Origin: Sminthopsis crassicaudata
Lineage: Eukaryota
Reading direction: 5' to 3'
Length of the DNA: 64,000 bases
NCBI RefSeq assembly: GCF_048593235.1
Contig: NC_133618.1
Coordinates: forward strand, 450,658,947 to 450,722,946
Shown here: positions 49,917 through 63,992 of the stretch, one piece after another
Position numbering within the stretch: position 1 is the stretch's first letter
Layout: every line of letters starts with the position of its first letter
Made by a program: the position numbers and the translations under genes
The notes under the pieces: model-generated
Databases searched by the model: none
The model's input: only the letters and a program-made list of their open reading frames with translations
What the model was told of the DNA's origin: nothing

Positions 49917-50160
49917 TGCTGTTGAGTCATCTCAGTTCTGTTTGGCTCCTGTCACTCCATTTGAACTTTTCTTGGTAAAGGCACAGGAATGGCTATTCCT
50001 TCTCTAGCTCATTTTACAGATGAGGAAACTGAAGTAAACAGGGTTATGTGACTTGCCCAGAATCACACAGCTAGTAAGTGTCTGAGGCTGGATTTGAACT
50101 CAGGGAGATGGATCTTCCTGATTCTAGACTCATGGCACTACCACTAAGCCATGTAGCTGG
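49917..50160 (-). mobile_element. MAR1-type SINE
   Basis: gttgctgttgagtcat...gaggaaactgaagtaaacagggttatgtgacttgcccag...ggatttgaactcagg. Confidence 0.75.
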
Positions 50161-52728
50161 AACCATGTACTTGTAAGTTTAAATAATTCACTTCCATTCT
50201 CCAATCCCAATCCTAAACTTTATTCTTCCCCAAAAGAAGATGACATAATAGATAAAATGCTAGAAAGGAGTTAAACTGGGGTCCAACTCCTGCCCCTTGA
50301 CTCATCATCACTGAGCTTAATCCATAAAATGGAGAGAATAATACGGTGGCTACTTTTAAGGGTTATTCTGAAGTCCAGATGATGATGTGCTTAAAGCACT
50401 CTGCCAACTGAGAAGCCCTATTTAAAGATCTAATGTTATTATTTTTTATTATTCATTATTATTATATTGTTATTTATTTTTATTATTATAGTAATCTGTC
50501 TCATAGAATTGTCATAAGAAAGGTATTTGATAAATGATAAAACACTACGGAAATGTAAATTGTCATTGCTATCACTATTCCAGGACCTCAATCCTGCGGG
50601 GGTGCTCCAGAGTTTTGAATCGCTCTGGTGTTGGTCCATTTATCCTCTGCAGCCTCAGCTCTGCCTCTCCTTGACTTAGGTGACAGAGAGGAAATGAAAG
50701 AGGCACACTCTAATCAACATAAAAGAGAGAAAGATTTCATTAGAAATAAATACCCTTTTATCTTTGTCCCAGAAGACCAAGGATAAAACCCAATTTCCTT
50801 TTATCTTAGAGTAGTAAAAGACCATGAGGGTAGAATTTTACATAAACTGGCAGAAATAGGTGCAGAGACAGATAATTTGGCCGAAACTTATTTTCTTTGT
50901 TAAAAGAAATATTTTTCATGGAGGTAGTGTGACAGCAGTAAAAAGACAATTTAAATCAATAAAACTTTCTGAAATTGTTTTAATTTACAAAGAAAAACCA
51001 GCCTTTAGCAAACACTTCATCAATTAACCCCATCATTAATTTTGACTTCTGATCCTAAAGCATGTCTTCTCCCTCTCAGCAGAGAGGAGGTATAGAATGA
51101 GGCATACTCTTTCAGGCATGGCTAAGCTGATTTGTTTCACTAAACTGCATCACTGGGAAGGGGATGAAGGAGAAGAGTCATTGGGAAGTGAGGACACTGT
51201 AAAAAAAATAATAATAATAAAAATAAACTTTTTCCAAAAGAAAAAAAATTGGCATTTCTGAGCATCTCTAGCTCCTGACTCTGCCTGGCTTCTGGGTTGA
51301 GATCAGTTGTGATATTCTCTCTCTTTACCCAGATGGGAGTTTACCCTCAAACCCAGTGATCCGGGAGAGGTAAAAAGGGGAGCACATGATTTAATGGTAA
51401 AAACACGAATTCTGGAGTCAGGAGACTTGGATTCCAGTCCCATAAATGATGCTTAATACCTGTGTGCCTGTGAACAAGTCATTTAATCTCATTAATAGTT
51501 AACATTAACCAATTTTCTCATCTGCAAAATGAAGGGACTGCAATAGACAGCCTCTGGTGTCTCTGCCAGTTCTGGAGCTGTGACTGGTATCTGAGAATCA
51601 TTCACTAGCATGGGTGCACATCTTGCAAGGTATCTGACTGGGGAACTGGGTAATTTTGAATAGCTCCAACTTAGACAATGGGGAAGCCCTTCCCCTCAGT
51701 GAAAGGCCAGATGCCTCAAGGCTCTAGTGGTGACTGGTACAGGCTGCTGCAGTCACTCACTGTCCTAAGTAATAAGGGAAATCTCTAGCTGGAGTCAGGA
51801 GACCTGAGTCTAAATCCCACCTGACGCGCTTATGGACTGTTTGAGTCTCAGTCTTATCATTATCAAATGAAGCAGTCAGCTACCTTCTTTATTGATATCA
51901 CTGCAAATCCCTTTAGACTCATCCACTAGTGGAAAAGAAAGGAAACAAGTATTTGTTAAGCATCTGCTATGTATCAAGCACTTTTCAAATATTACTTCAT
52001 TTGATACCCACAACTGCCTAGGAGGTTGATATTATTCTATTGACTTTACATTTGAGGAAACTGAGGCAAAAAGAGATTAAATGACTTGCCCAGGATCACA
52101 CAGCAAGTGTCTGAGGCTGCATTTGAATACAAGTCTTCCTGATGAGAAGCCCAGCTCTGTCCACCATACTTTGCCTCCCAGGGTTCCTGGTCAGTCCCTT
52201 TTTAGGGGTCCCAACATATGGATGATTAGGGCAGTCAGTGGAACCTGAAGTTTCATTAGATTGTCAAAAGGAGTCTCACCTACACACAGAGAGAAATTAA
52301 TAGCTCATAATCTACCCATAGAAGGTCTTTAAGGTCCCTTCAGTCTTAAAAATTGCACACAATAGGGGCAGTAAAGGTTTTCAGCTAGAGGAGCCCACCC
52401 TAAAGCAGAACCCACTTCCAGATTGCTCTGGAAGAGTGGTTTGTCTGAAACTGTCCTGCTTGAAGCTTTCGCCTTTGAGCACAGCATGGAGCACACTCTG
52501 CCCCCACCTTGCTCTAACATTCAGATCCAGAGCTCGGCTAGCTCTGTGTGGGTGACATCATAGAGACAGACAATGAGCCATTCCCAGTTTTTGCTTCATG
52601 CTCCTTCCGTCCCCACCATGTGCAAGGATAGCCAGAATTCCACCATGGGGATTCCCAGCGGCCGTTCCCGAGGGATAAGCAGGATAAGGGAACCTGACCG
52701 GGTGTTCATGTGCCTGTTCTCCCTCCAG

Positions 52729-52896
52729 CCCAACGTGACCCCTGGCAACTGTTGGGCATTCAGAGGAGACCGCGGGCAAGTTGTCATCCGCCTGGCCAGG
52801 AAGATCTTCCTCACCAATATTACGATTCAGCACATCCCAAAAACTATCTCCCTGTCAGGCAACTTGGATACAGCCCCTAAGGACTTTGTCGTCTAT
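52729..52896 (+). CDS. SUN5: SUN5 coding exon 11
   Basis: 168 bp, PNVTPGNCWAFRGDRGQVVIRLARKIFLTNITIQHIPKTISLSGNLDTAPKDFVVY, donor GTGAGT. Confidence 0.98.
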
Positions 52897-55069
52897 GTGA
52901 GTGATCAGTCTGGAGACAGACAAGGGGCATGGGGCAAGGGGAGGAAAAGGCTTGAAAAGTACCAGCTCTGGTTGTCCTGTTAGGACCATTGCCTGCCTGG
53001 TGCCCAGAAGCTCTTTGCTTCGCTAGAACATGTAACAGTGAGAAGTTAGTAAAATGGAATGCCTCGGGGGGTATAGACTAATAAAGAAACAGTGAAGACA
53101 GCCCTTTTCCTTTTTTTCAAGTACTTACTTTCCCAGTGTTCTTGGGTAAATCAGTCTTTCTTGTCATAGAGGAAACATCTATGTTCAAACTAAATTAAAT
53201 GTATGAACTCCAGGAATATTTAATTTTTTTTAATAGGACTTCAAGGAAAGTGAAACATTTAATTCCAAGAAATCCAATTTTTTCCTTTAGAACAAGCAGT
53301 AAATGATTTTTTTTAAGTGGGGGACCTTCTTAGAAGCTGTTAAATCATACCACCTAGACAGCTGCCTATTTATTCTATGCTGACCCAGCTGTAGAAGGCC
53401 AGACCATTAAGCAATGTGTCCATGGGCTCAAGACACTGTCTCTGCCTTCCTTCTGAGGAAGAGAAAAGTCACAAGTGCAAGGGATGGGAGGCAGAAGCAC
53501 AATAGGAATGCTGTTGCATCAGATGGCTCCAACTTAGAAATTCAGAAATTAGCATTTTGGATAAGCTCTCTTTCTGGAAGGTGGCTCCTAACCTGTGATA
53601 GTGATTCACTTTCTAAGAAAGAAAAGAAAAATTAAATTTCTATTTCTCAGGGTTTTTGCAGATGATGGTGATTCTCAGGTATAAAAATAGTATTCTTTTA
53701 CCCATCTGGAACACAGAACATCAGAGAGACCTAAATCCCTCATTTTACAGAAAGGGAAACTAGCCCAGGAGGAATGAAGTAATTTGCCCCAGATGATACA
53801 ACACTCAGTGGCAGGGCTAGGGCTGGAGATGGTTCTAGCCTAGTCTGATTTCCACAGACTGGGTCTCCAAGGGATTTTTGTGTAGTTGAAGACAATCCTC
53901 AGATCACACCTCTGCTTCTTCTCCTGGTTAAACAACCTCAGTCCTCCCATGTCTTTATCAATGCATTCCCCAGGAGAACAGGCAAAGTGTTACTCACAGC
54001 AGTATGGCCTACGAGTCATGGAGCTGAGGGAAAGCCCTCAGGATGTTTCCTAGCTGAGTGACTTGGGTTAAGTCACTTTCCTCTCTGTTCCTTCTTCCTC
54101 CTCTGCAAAATGCAGAAAATGTCCGCACTTTTCTTACAAAGATACTATGAGGATCAAATGAGATGATGGATGGGGAAATATTTGGCAGACTCTAAAGCAT
54201 ATGCAGACATGAGGAAATATTTTTTTAAAAATCAGGGCTACCCTTGACCTTTGATGCAGGAGTGTTAAAAAAGATTTTTAGTGGATTATAAACTCACTAT
54301 GAAGGAGCATGTGCCAGATAAAATTTTTAATGTCCATTAGCATTAATACTAGACTTAATTAATAGAAGCAAGGGGTTCAGAGGGAAAGAGGGAAGGGACA
54401 GTCCTACTGTCCTCCTCTCTAAAATATATATAAAATTAATAATAATATTTAATAAAATATCATTGTAGGAGAGTCATTGACAACTTATGTCCAAAGGAAG
54501 ATGATCAAGTTGCTAAGAAAACTAAAGGCTATACATACAAACATCTCCTGAAAGAACTATGAAAGAACTGTGGGATTGGGGGAAGGACATGATAATTGTC
54601 TTCAGATACATAAAGGGTTGCCCTATAGAAAAAGATTAAATTTGTTCTACATTGCCCCAGAGAAGGGTTAGAGGCAACGGGTAGAAGTTACAGAGCCCCA
54701 TTTCAGTTCAAGATAAGAAAAAACTTCCTAAAAACATATATTATTGAAATATATTATTGAAAAATGGAAAGTGTTGGATTGAGAGGTGGTGAGTTCCCCA
54801 GCACAGCAGTAGAAGCTATGTTACCACTTGTCTGAAAATTCTACAGAGAGGACTCCTCCATCAGTCAGGGGGTTGGAATGGCTGGTTTCTGAGGTCCCTT
54901 CCAGTTCTGAAATTCTATGAAACAGAACAGGATTCAATATGTATAGTGCCAGCACTACCTGGATAGGCCAACGTCTCCTCTTTAGCTCCCCTAAGATTGC
55001 AAACACCCAACCCCCCATGCTCATCTCTCTGCTACCTGGCCCCTCACCCTGTCATCCTTGCCTCCGAAG

Positions 55070-55156
55070 GGCATCAGTGATAAAAGCAGAGAAGAGACAT
55101 TCCTGGGGGCTTTTATGTTTCAGCCTGAAAACGCCATTCAGATGTTTCCACTCCAG
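55070..55156 (+). CDS. SUN5: SUN5 coding exon 12
   Basis: 87 bp, GISDKSREETFLGAFMFQPENAIQMFPLQ. Confidence 0.97.
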
Positions 55157-57934
55157 GTACAAGGAGGGTTATTGGGTGGGGAGAATTGGAGGGTGTTGGG
55201 TGCAGAAATTGGAATTCCAGTGCAAAATTTAGACAGTTCATTTAGATAACAAATCGTATTTCTTGAAATAATGATTTAACTAAAAGCTCAGGAAACCAAC
55301 TCTTGGAGATCTTTACCAAGCCCTTCAGAAGTGATCATATGTGTAGGCTAAAATTCTTATTTGCAGAGCCCATTCCCCATTATCCAGGCCCACAAGTCCC
55401 AAGATCCATGCACACCTTCAAGCACAAACTTTTCTAAGACCACTCCTGCACTCTATTCCCAGAGAAACAGCTAGAAGGCCAGAGGCTCCATCCCATGGTC
55501 TTATCCCAACATTCTCTTGCCTTTTTATGCTGTTATTGGTCCAGCCAGCTAACAGTTCTGTTCCACCAGGGAACAGAAGCAAGATCTAAAGATCCAAAGC
55601 AACCCACTTCCCATCTTGCTCCCAGACTACCAGCTGTCTGCCCTATCTGGTCCATTATATGTTAGAATCATCAGATTTAAAGGCTTCAGAAAGGGAGGGA
55701 CATAAACAGATTATCTATAAAGATAATAAGAAACTGACTCTCAGAGAAGAAAAGTCATTTGTAAAAGGCCACACAGCATTACTGGCAGAGCCAGGATTTG
55801 GGCCCAGGTCTCCTAATGCACAACCAGGGACTCTTTTCCTCCTATTCCCAGTCCAGGCAGAGATAAGACACTGGGAACCATGGCTGTCACTAGTATCAAA
55901 TGATGGGATGGGTTTGAGGGAACAGGGCAGATCCTAGGTAAGTCAGGGCTAGTTTGGGCTAGTCTCCTCTCAGAGCTGCATCTCCTTCTCAGGAGCTGCT
56001 TAGCCATTCCCAGGCTCCCAAGAGCTGTGGTCCTCCAGTCCAACTTCTGATTTTACAGATTGGGAAACTGAAGCTCAGAAAAGTAAAGTTACTTGTCCAT
56101 TCATACAAATAATGAGTGACAATGCAAATTTCAGTTTCATCTGCTTCCAAGGCAGCTCAGAACTCTGACATACTGGGAAATCACACGCTCATATCCAGTA
56201 TATTAACAGCAAATAGAAGGTCCTATGTCTGTGTGATTTGTATAAACAAGGAGGTAGCAGATATGAATAGAAATGTCTCTTCAATTTCCCCCCAAAAAAG
56301 GCCATCAAGAGCAGCAGTGCTCTTACCCTCAGGACAGAATTATCAGGGAGCAGGGAAAGAGAATCACAGAATGTTAGATCTACACTGTGAACTCAGACAT
56401 CCTGCCCCCTAGGACCGGTGTTCTTACCCCTATACTGCACTGGGTGTGTACCATAGGAAAATAAAAATAAATAGGACTCAGGGTAGCTAGATGGAAAAAT
56501 GGAGACAGTAAAGAAACTAGTCAAGAGCTAGCTTTGTAATTATTATGCACCCTTGGCTTCTCTGACTTATAGCCAGCTTGGCTTCAAGAAATTCCCTAGT
56601 GTCTGCAAAAAATAAAATAAAAAGATAAACAATTCACTGTAAGGAGAACCTGGAGGTCAGACAGCAATGAAGGAAAAATGCTAGGAAATTAAGAGAGCGA
56701 CTGGGTGATTTGGTGGATAGAGTATAGGACTTAAGATCAGGAAATTGGATCTTGAAAGATCTATGACCTCTACCCCCAATGCCCTCCAAGCACTTCAGTC
56801 TCTGTTTTCTCATCCATAAAATAAGCACAATAACACCTAAGTCACTGGACTATTCTAAGAATCAAATAAGGTTATGCAAGCCTGAAAGTTCAAATAAAGT
56901 TCTGCAAGCCCTGAAGGACTAGCTAAATCCTAGCTATTTGTGAGATTAGCTACTTAGATGCAGAGCTAGTGAATCATAAATTAAGTCTACAAATTGTCTC
57001 ATAGCTTTGTGACTTGCTGTGTGATGTTGGATAAGACATTTACCTCTATGAGTCTGTTTTCTCCCCTATAAACTGAGAGGGTTGGACCAGAAGACAATAA
57101 GATCTTCCTAGCTCCGGATCTAGAATTCCATAATTGCTTATATATCTCGGAGCCACCATAGAGATCCTCAAGCATTCCAAGGATAGCAACAGAAACAAGA
57201 CCAGATGGACGATCACATGGTCAAAGTTTAACCTGCTTTTTGGTCTCTTCATCAGTCTTTCTGCTAAAACATTTGGGGGGTGGCCAGAAACAATCATCAT
57301 GTGACATGAGATTAAGGATTATCAATAGATTATAAGTATTATACTCTCTGTGCCTAATCCATAGATGGCTGAGACTGAGAGTGGGCTGTGTTGTCATGAA
57401 AGTTCCGCCATCCAAAAGTCCTAAATCCTACCTTCAACTCAGGAAATCCTGAGTTTGAATCCCATTTTAGACATCCCTTAATAGAATAATCATGAAAAAG
57501 TTCTCTCATCTCTAGGTTTCAGCTTTCTCAATTATAAAATGAAGGTGTATAATAGAAAGCCTGTTAGTCACTAGAAGACCTAGATTTGAATCTCATTTCA
57601 GCCGTACTGTAGCTGTGTGACACTATGCAACTTCCTTAATTTCTCTGGGACTCAGTTTCTGCATTTTTTTTTTTTAAATAAAAGGGTAGGATTCAATGAT
57701 CTGCCCTGTGTCTTCAATTCTAAATCCTTGGGGGCCAAAACTAAGTGATTTTCAAGATTCCTTCCAGCTCTGAGGAATTCCGAATTCCTTCTAACTCTGG
57801 GATTTATTGAACATGGGTCAGCACAGAGGAAGCAAGGAAGGAGGAGATAACAAAGCGGACCCTCAGGGGGCCTTCCAGAGGAGGATAGAAGGGCAAGACC
57901 AGGCCTTGTTCACTCTCTGTGTGTTTGCTTCTAG

Positions 57935-58063
57935 AATACACTCTCCAGACCCTTCAACTGCATCAAACTAAAGATACTGACCAACTGGGGAAACCCCCAC
58001 TTCACCTGCATATACCGAGTTCGAGCTCATGGGACAGTGACTCCTTCACCGACCGACTACTAA
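57935..58063 (+). CDS. SUN5: SUN5 terminal coding exon 13
   Basis: NTLSRPFNCIKLKILTNWGNPHFTCIYRVRAHGTVTPSPTDY*, containing the SUN signature NWG..FTCxYRxRxHG. Confidence 0.97.
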   Translation, partial: NTLSRPFNCIKLKILTNWGNPHFTCIYRVRAHGTVTPSPTDY

Positions 58064-58094
58064 GCAAGAGGCTCGTCCTTACCTTCCCAGAGAA

Positions 58095-58100
58095 ATTAAA
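58095..58100 (+). terminator. Candidate SUN5 polyadenylation signal ATTAAA
   Basis: 31 nt after the stop codon, followed by U-rich sequence. Confidence 0.65.
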
Positions 58101-58507
58101 GTTTCTTTTTCCATTGTACCTATCTCTAATTTTCTTCCTATGATGAGGTGGGGATGATTCATGGGTCTATCCCAATGAAAAAGAGTAGATTTTGAGTCTC
58201 TAGACCTCCTTGCCTTATGGCCCAGTTAGTAATAGGAAAGAAGGATATCCTGGTCAACCTTTTGGATCATGTCACCTATCAGCATAAGGTTCAGATGGAA
58301 GGCCTACCTCTGATACACTGGTTGACTGACTGAGGGTAAACCTTCAATCCCTCAGGCATTTTTCCTAACACTAGAAATTAGTCTTCACTGGTAGATGAAA
58401 TTTCCTTATCAGAAGTTCCTTATAGTAGTAAAATCACAAGTCTGATTCCCCATCCCTCAAAATGTAGAAGCTTCTGTGATAGGACCATTTTCTAGCTGTG
58501 TAATGTT

Positions 58508-58887
58508 TTTGTTTGTTTGTTTGTTTGTTTGTTTGTTTTTTATTAATTTTATAATTATAACTTTTTTTGACAGTACATATGCATAGGTAATTTTTTACAA
58601 CACTTGCACTCCCTTCTGTTCTGGATTTTTCCCCTCCTTCCCTCCACCCCCTACCCTAGATGGCAGGCATTCCCATACATATTAAATATGCTATAGTATA
58701 TCCTAGGTACAATAGGCACAGAACCGAATTTTTTTGTTGTTGTTGTTACAAAGGAAGAATTGTATTCGGAAGGTAAAAATAACCTGGGAAGAAAAAGAAA
58801 AAATGCTCACAGTTTACACTCATTTCCCAGTGTTCCTTCTCTGGGTGTAGCTGATTCTGTCCATCATTGACCAATTGGAATTGGATT
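58508..58887 (-). mobile_element. Short young L1 3' end with (AAAC)n tail and 15-bp TSD, inserted in a MIR
   Basis: TSD tagctgtgtaatgtt at 58493-58507 and 58888-58902. Confidence 0.9.
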
Positions 58888-61041
58888 TAGCTGTGTAATG
58901 TTACTCAATGTTACTTAAATTCACTGGCCCAGTTTCCTCACCTTTAAAATGGGGATAAGAATACTTGTACCATTTGCCTCATATGGTTATTATAAGAAAA
59001 GAGCTTTTATAGTCATGGAGGAACCACAGAAATGTAAACCATTGTCATTATTATGGACATGAAAGTTCTTCAGGATTCTCAAAGACTAAAGAAGTACAGA
59101 AGCAAGACCAATAGGCAAGAACATAATTTCAGATGGTCAGCATCTGAAATGGAGAAAAAACACACACACACAATGTTTGGAATGCTCAATAGTAATTTGT
59201 AGGACCTCCTCATTCCCAAGACTCACAAATTATAACTCAGTCCCTCTTAGAAGGTCAGGGTGAGGGTCTCTTCAATCCCAGAGCCAGAGGGTAACCTTTC
59301 TGAGGTAGGGGGATAAGAGAATGTTGAGTTTGGTCAGCACCCAGCTTCTGGGGGCAAGGGCTGTCACCCAGGGTATTAAGGGTGTTAATGTACAGTTAAA
59401 TGCACCTGCCTCCCCTGTAGACACTCAACTAGAAAAGATAATCCCCTTGCTGGTTCCAGACCCTAAACTTATCTCAGTGCCCTCAGAACAAAAGCAATCT
59501 CCCTGTGGAATGTAAAATCCATAGATTCTGGACTCCATTTACTAAGATGCTAAATGCATTATCTTTCTCCACCAAGAGAATATTCCTGAGTCACTATCTA
59601 TTGATGAGTTTTGAAAGGTTCTTTGTTTTTGTATTTTTAATAGTGAAGTTAGATTATCCGCATTCTCTCACTTAGTTTTCCCTTAAGATTTATGGCATGC
59701 ATTTATAAGCTGCTAGGGGTTCCCACAGCCAGAGTCTGCAGTTCAGGTCTATGATCAAGATCAAAATTTAATTCCAGGTCAGGTTCAGTCAATGTTTGGG
59801 CTCAGTTTCTGATTAAAGATGGAATCTCTGCATATGGAGCTGCCTGCTCAACACAGGACTCTGACCTTGGCCTCAGGAGCACTGGGTTATAACTACAAAA
59901 GAAAATTATAAATAGCCTCTATTAACTATTAAGTCAAAGCTAAACAGCTGGTCTACCATAGTGATCCATATGGACTGGAAACTTCAAGACATTGGACCAA
60001 GAAATAGATATTCTTTCTCACCTATCAAGGACGAAGTTTCTTGAACTCTTTAACCTAGGTCTGGCACTGCTTGGAAAAACAAACTAATTCATACTTGATT
60101 TGCAAGGATAGAAAACCATAAGTAAATGCCAAGTAAGTAGGCATGAACTTTGTTTTTAAAATTGAGACAGAGAGGTGACAAATTTCCTGGAACTGTTCCA
60201 AGCAAAGCATCTGGGACCCCCGGTCTAACCCCAGGATGACAAGTTTTCCTATCATCTGTTTATATTTTTTCCACCTCCCCCTCTCCCCCATTCTTCTAAT
60301 ATATACGGAAAAAACTCTGCAAGCTATCCTTGTCTCAGTCAGAACACTATTACAATAATCTCCCATTCATTTATGTGACAAGCATTGTATAAGTGCTTGC
60401 TATATTCCAGGACCCATGCTAAGCTCAAAGGATACAAAGACAAAAATAAATAGCTCCTGCCCTCAACAAACTCGGATTCTGTTGGCAGGAGAGAGGGGAT
60501 ATGGATGTACTGAGATCAGATATTTCTTGAAAGAAGGCACTAGTGGCTGCAGAGATCAGAAACAGGCTCCCTGTGAGACTATGAGCTAAACTTTGAACGT
60601 AGCTAGACATTCTGCAAAAGTAGGGGAGGGGGATGACAGGGAGGACATCCCAGCCTTCGTGAAAGGCAGAGAATTGGAATAACTGTCAGGTGAGTTGGAC
60701 TAGAATGTAAAATGTGTTGAGGGAGAGTAATAAGCAATAAACCTGGAAAGATAGGCTAATGCCAAGTTGTGAAGGGCTCTATAACAAAGAATTTTGTATT
60801 TTATTCTTGGGGCAAAGGGAAAGGTTCTTAAGCATGAGAGTGGCGGGATCAAACCCGAGCTGTAAGAATATCGATTTAGTATCTATGGATACAATGGATA
60901 GGACAGAAAGGAAACAGCTTCTGAAAGGTGTTCCCATCTCCTTTCTCATTCCTTTTCCAATTTTCTGATCTTTCTGCATGTGGTTCTTCCTTTTGCTTAA
61001 ATCTGACAATTTTGTTTCTATACTCCAAAGCCTTCAATGGT

Positions 61042-61792
61042 NNNNNNNNNNNNNNNNNNNNNNNNNNNNNNNNNNNNNNNNNNNNNNNNNNNNNNNNNNN
61101 NNNNNNNNNNNNNNNNNNNNNNNNNNNNNNNNNNNNNNNNNNNNNNNNNNNNNNNNNNNNNNNNNNNNNNNNNNNNNNNNNNNNNNNNNNNNNNNNNNNN
61201 NNNNNNNNNNNNNNNNNNNNNNNNNNNNNNNNNNNNNNNNNNNNNNNNNNNNNNNNNNNNNNNNNNNNNNNNNNNNNNNNNNNNNNNNNNNNNNNNNNNN
61301 NNNNNNNNNNNNNNNNNNNNNNNNNNNNNNNNNNNNNNNNNNNNNNNNNNNNNNNNNNNNNNNNNNNNNNNNNNNNNNNNNNNNNNNNNNNNNNNNNNNN
61401 NNNNNNNNNNNNNNNNNNNNNNNNNNNNNNNNNNNNNNNNNNNNNNNNNNNNNNNNNNNNNNNNNNNNNNNNNNNNNNNNNNNNNNNNNNNNNNNNNNNN
61501 NNNNNNNNNNNNNNNNNNNNNNNNNNNNNNNNNNNNNNNNNNNNNNNNNNNNNNNNNNNNNNNNNNNNNNNNNNNNNNNNNNNNNNNNNNNNNNNNNNNN
61601 NNNNNNNNNNNNNNNNNNNNNNNNNNNNNNNNNNNNNNNNNNNNNNNNNNNNNNNNNNNNNNNNNNNNNNNNNNNNNNNNNNNNNNNNNNNNNNNNNNNN
61701 NNNNNNNNNNNNNNNNNNNNNNNNNNNNNNNNNNNNNNNNNNNNNNNNNNNNNNNNNNNNNNNNNNNNNNNNNNNNNNNNNNNNNNNNNNNN
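61042..61792. other. Assembly gap
   Basis: Run of N. Confidence 1.
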
Positions 61793-61869
61793 NTTTTTAA
61801 ATATTCGAAAGAAAACAGAAGAAAACTTGTTGAATTCTGTACTAAAAAAAAAAAAAAAAAAAAAAAACT

Positions 61870-62465
61870 TTTATAGTGACAAGGAACTGGAAGTTGAGTG
61901 GATGCCCATCAGTTAAGGAATGCCTGAATGTATCTATGGTATATGAATGTAATAGAATATTATTGTTCTATAAAAAATGAAATCAAAAAAGCCTGGAAAG
62001 ACTTACATGAACTGATGCTAAGCAAAGTGAACAGAACCAAAAGAACATTGTACACCACAAGTTTATGTGATGATCATTTCTGATGGACTTGGCTCTTCAA
62101 CAATGAGGTGATTCAAGGTGATTTCAATAGACTTGTAATGGAAAGAATCATGAGCATCCAGAGAGAGAACTATGGAGACTGAATGTGGATCAAGGCAAAG
62201 TATTTTCACAAATTTTTGGTGGTAATGGTGTATTGTTTTCTATTGTGTTTTTTTTCCCTTTTGATCTGATTTTTCTTGCACAGCAGGGTAAATATTGAAA
62301 TACGTTTTGAAGAAGTGCACATGTTTAATCTATAGTGGATTGCTTGCTGTCTAGGGAAGGGAGAGGGAAGGGAGAAAAATTTGGAACATAAGGTTTTGTA
62401 AAAGCAAAGTTTGAAAAAATCTGCATATAGTTGAAAAAATAAAAAGCTATTATCAAAAAGCAAAT
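61870..62465 (+). mobile_element. L1 3' fragment
   Basis: ggaactggaagttgagtggatgcccatc...gcctggaaagacttacatgaactgatgct...A-rich tail. Confidence 0.85.
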
Positions 62466-63842
62466 TTTACATAATAAGGATTTTGGCCTCACATATAATC
62501 CTCTTTTCTTTCCTATTTTGTATTGGCAATTATCTTTTTTACATGCTCATTAAGTTCAGAATAAAAAGAAATATTTTTCTTTAATAAGCCATACCTTAGT
62601 GTAGTGTAAAAATATTAAATTGGAGTCAGGAAACATAGGTTCTAGTCCCATCTTCAACAAATCTTATAACGTGCCTACTATGTGCAGGGCACCACAGTCA
62701 GTGACTCATCAGTGTCACCTTGGGCTGGTCACTAAGTCTCTCTGGGTCTTGGTGCCAGTTAGTCTGGCTCTAACATTCTATCATTTGATAATGACCCAAG
62801 GAATTTTTGAAGATTGACTCCCTGCATTGCCCAGGCTGTCCCATCTAGAAAAGCCTCCACCACAAACCCCAGGTCCCCTCCTTTGGCATGCTTGAAGGTT
62901 GCTGCACTCAGCAGAGTCTTGACAGTGGGTGACCCTCGGCCGCTTGGCCTTTCCTGCTGGATTCTGCCAGTCTGACTCTCACCTATCCATACATCATACT
63001 TTCCTGGCGCTCAAATTAAGCCCCTGAAGAAAGAGAAGCGGGGGAGGCTCCTCTGGTCACTTCCTGTATCACAATGCACAAAGCTGGCATCCTGTCAGCC
63101 ATTCAACCTGGCACATGGGGTGTGGCGCCAGTACCTCAGGGACCTCTGCCAGGGTGGATTCCCTGCCTCTCCCTAGCTCTTAAGGAGTAACCAGAGCCAG
63201 GATATCACTGCCCTTTGCGGAAAGACACTCAGATAGGCGCCTATGATAGCTAGGGGGTGGGAAGCAGGGGAAGGGGTGTGATCCAAACTGGAGGGAGAGA
63301 GAGAGCTCTGAGTTGAGCAGGATCTCCTAGTTAAACCACAGGCCTAATCTGATCAAATCCCTTTTGGTGGCTGGTCAGGCATCTTCCCCAGAGAGAGGAT
63401 GGGGAAAAGAAGGTGGGGAGGGTTTAGTATGGCCCCAAACCTTATGGCCAGAGGGACGAGCTGGGCTAATAAAAGGTCACTGAGGTTGTGTCCCCAGAGG
63501 CCTGACCATGAGATTAAACAATATCTCCCACTTCTATAGCATTTGGGGGGCTTATATAGTGTTTTGCTCACAACAGATCTATGGAGTTACCCCATTTTAA
63601 AGAGGAGGGAACTGAGGCTCCGCATAGCTTCAGAGAACCATCTGTGACATGCAGGTCTGATCCCTCTATGAGAAATAACCCGATTTGTTTCATTTTCCTC
63701 AAAGGAATACTACTGTTTTCCAGACATGGACTGGGAGATGCACTGTTACTCTCTGCAGTTTTGCTTGAACCCAGTTGTCTCTCCTGTCCAAATTTTAGGA
63801 CCATCAGACAGTAGAACTTAAAGGGATATCAAAAATTATCTA

Positions 63843-63992
63843 GGGGCAGCCAGGTGGCGCAGTGGATAGAGCACCAGCCCTGAATTCAGGAGGACCCGAG
63901 TTCAAATGTGGTCTTAACACTTAACACTTCCTAGCTGTGTGACCCTGGGCAAGTCACTTAACCCCAGCCTCATGGGGGAGGGGGGGGGGGGG
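63843..63992 (+). mobile_element. Young WSINE1-like SINE with G-rich tail
   Basis: Near-identical to the 45533 copy. It retains CpGs and is followed by a G run instead of poly(A). Confidence 0.9.

Noticed and set aside
60928-61916. ORFs of 279-312 aa
   Set aside because: Almost entirely N. The other X-rich ORFs at 14588-14992 and 25428-25874 are rejected for the same reason.
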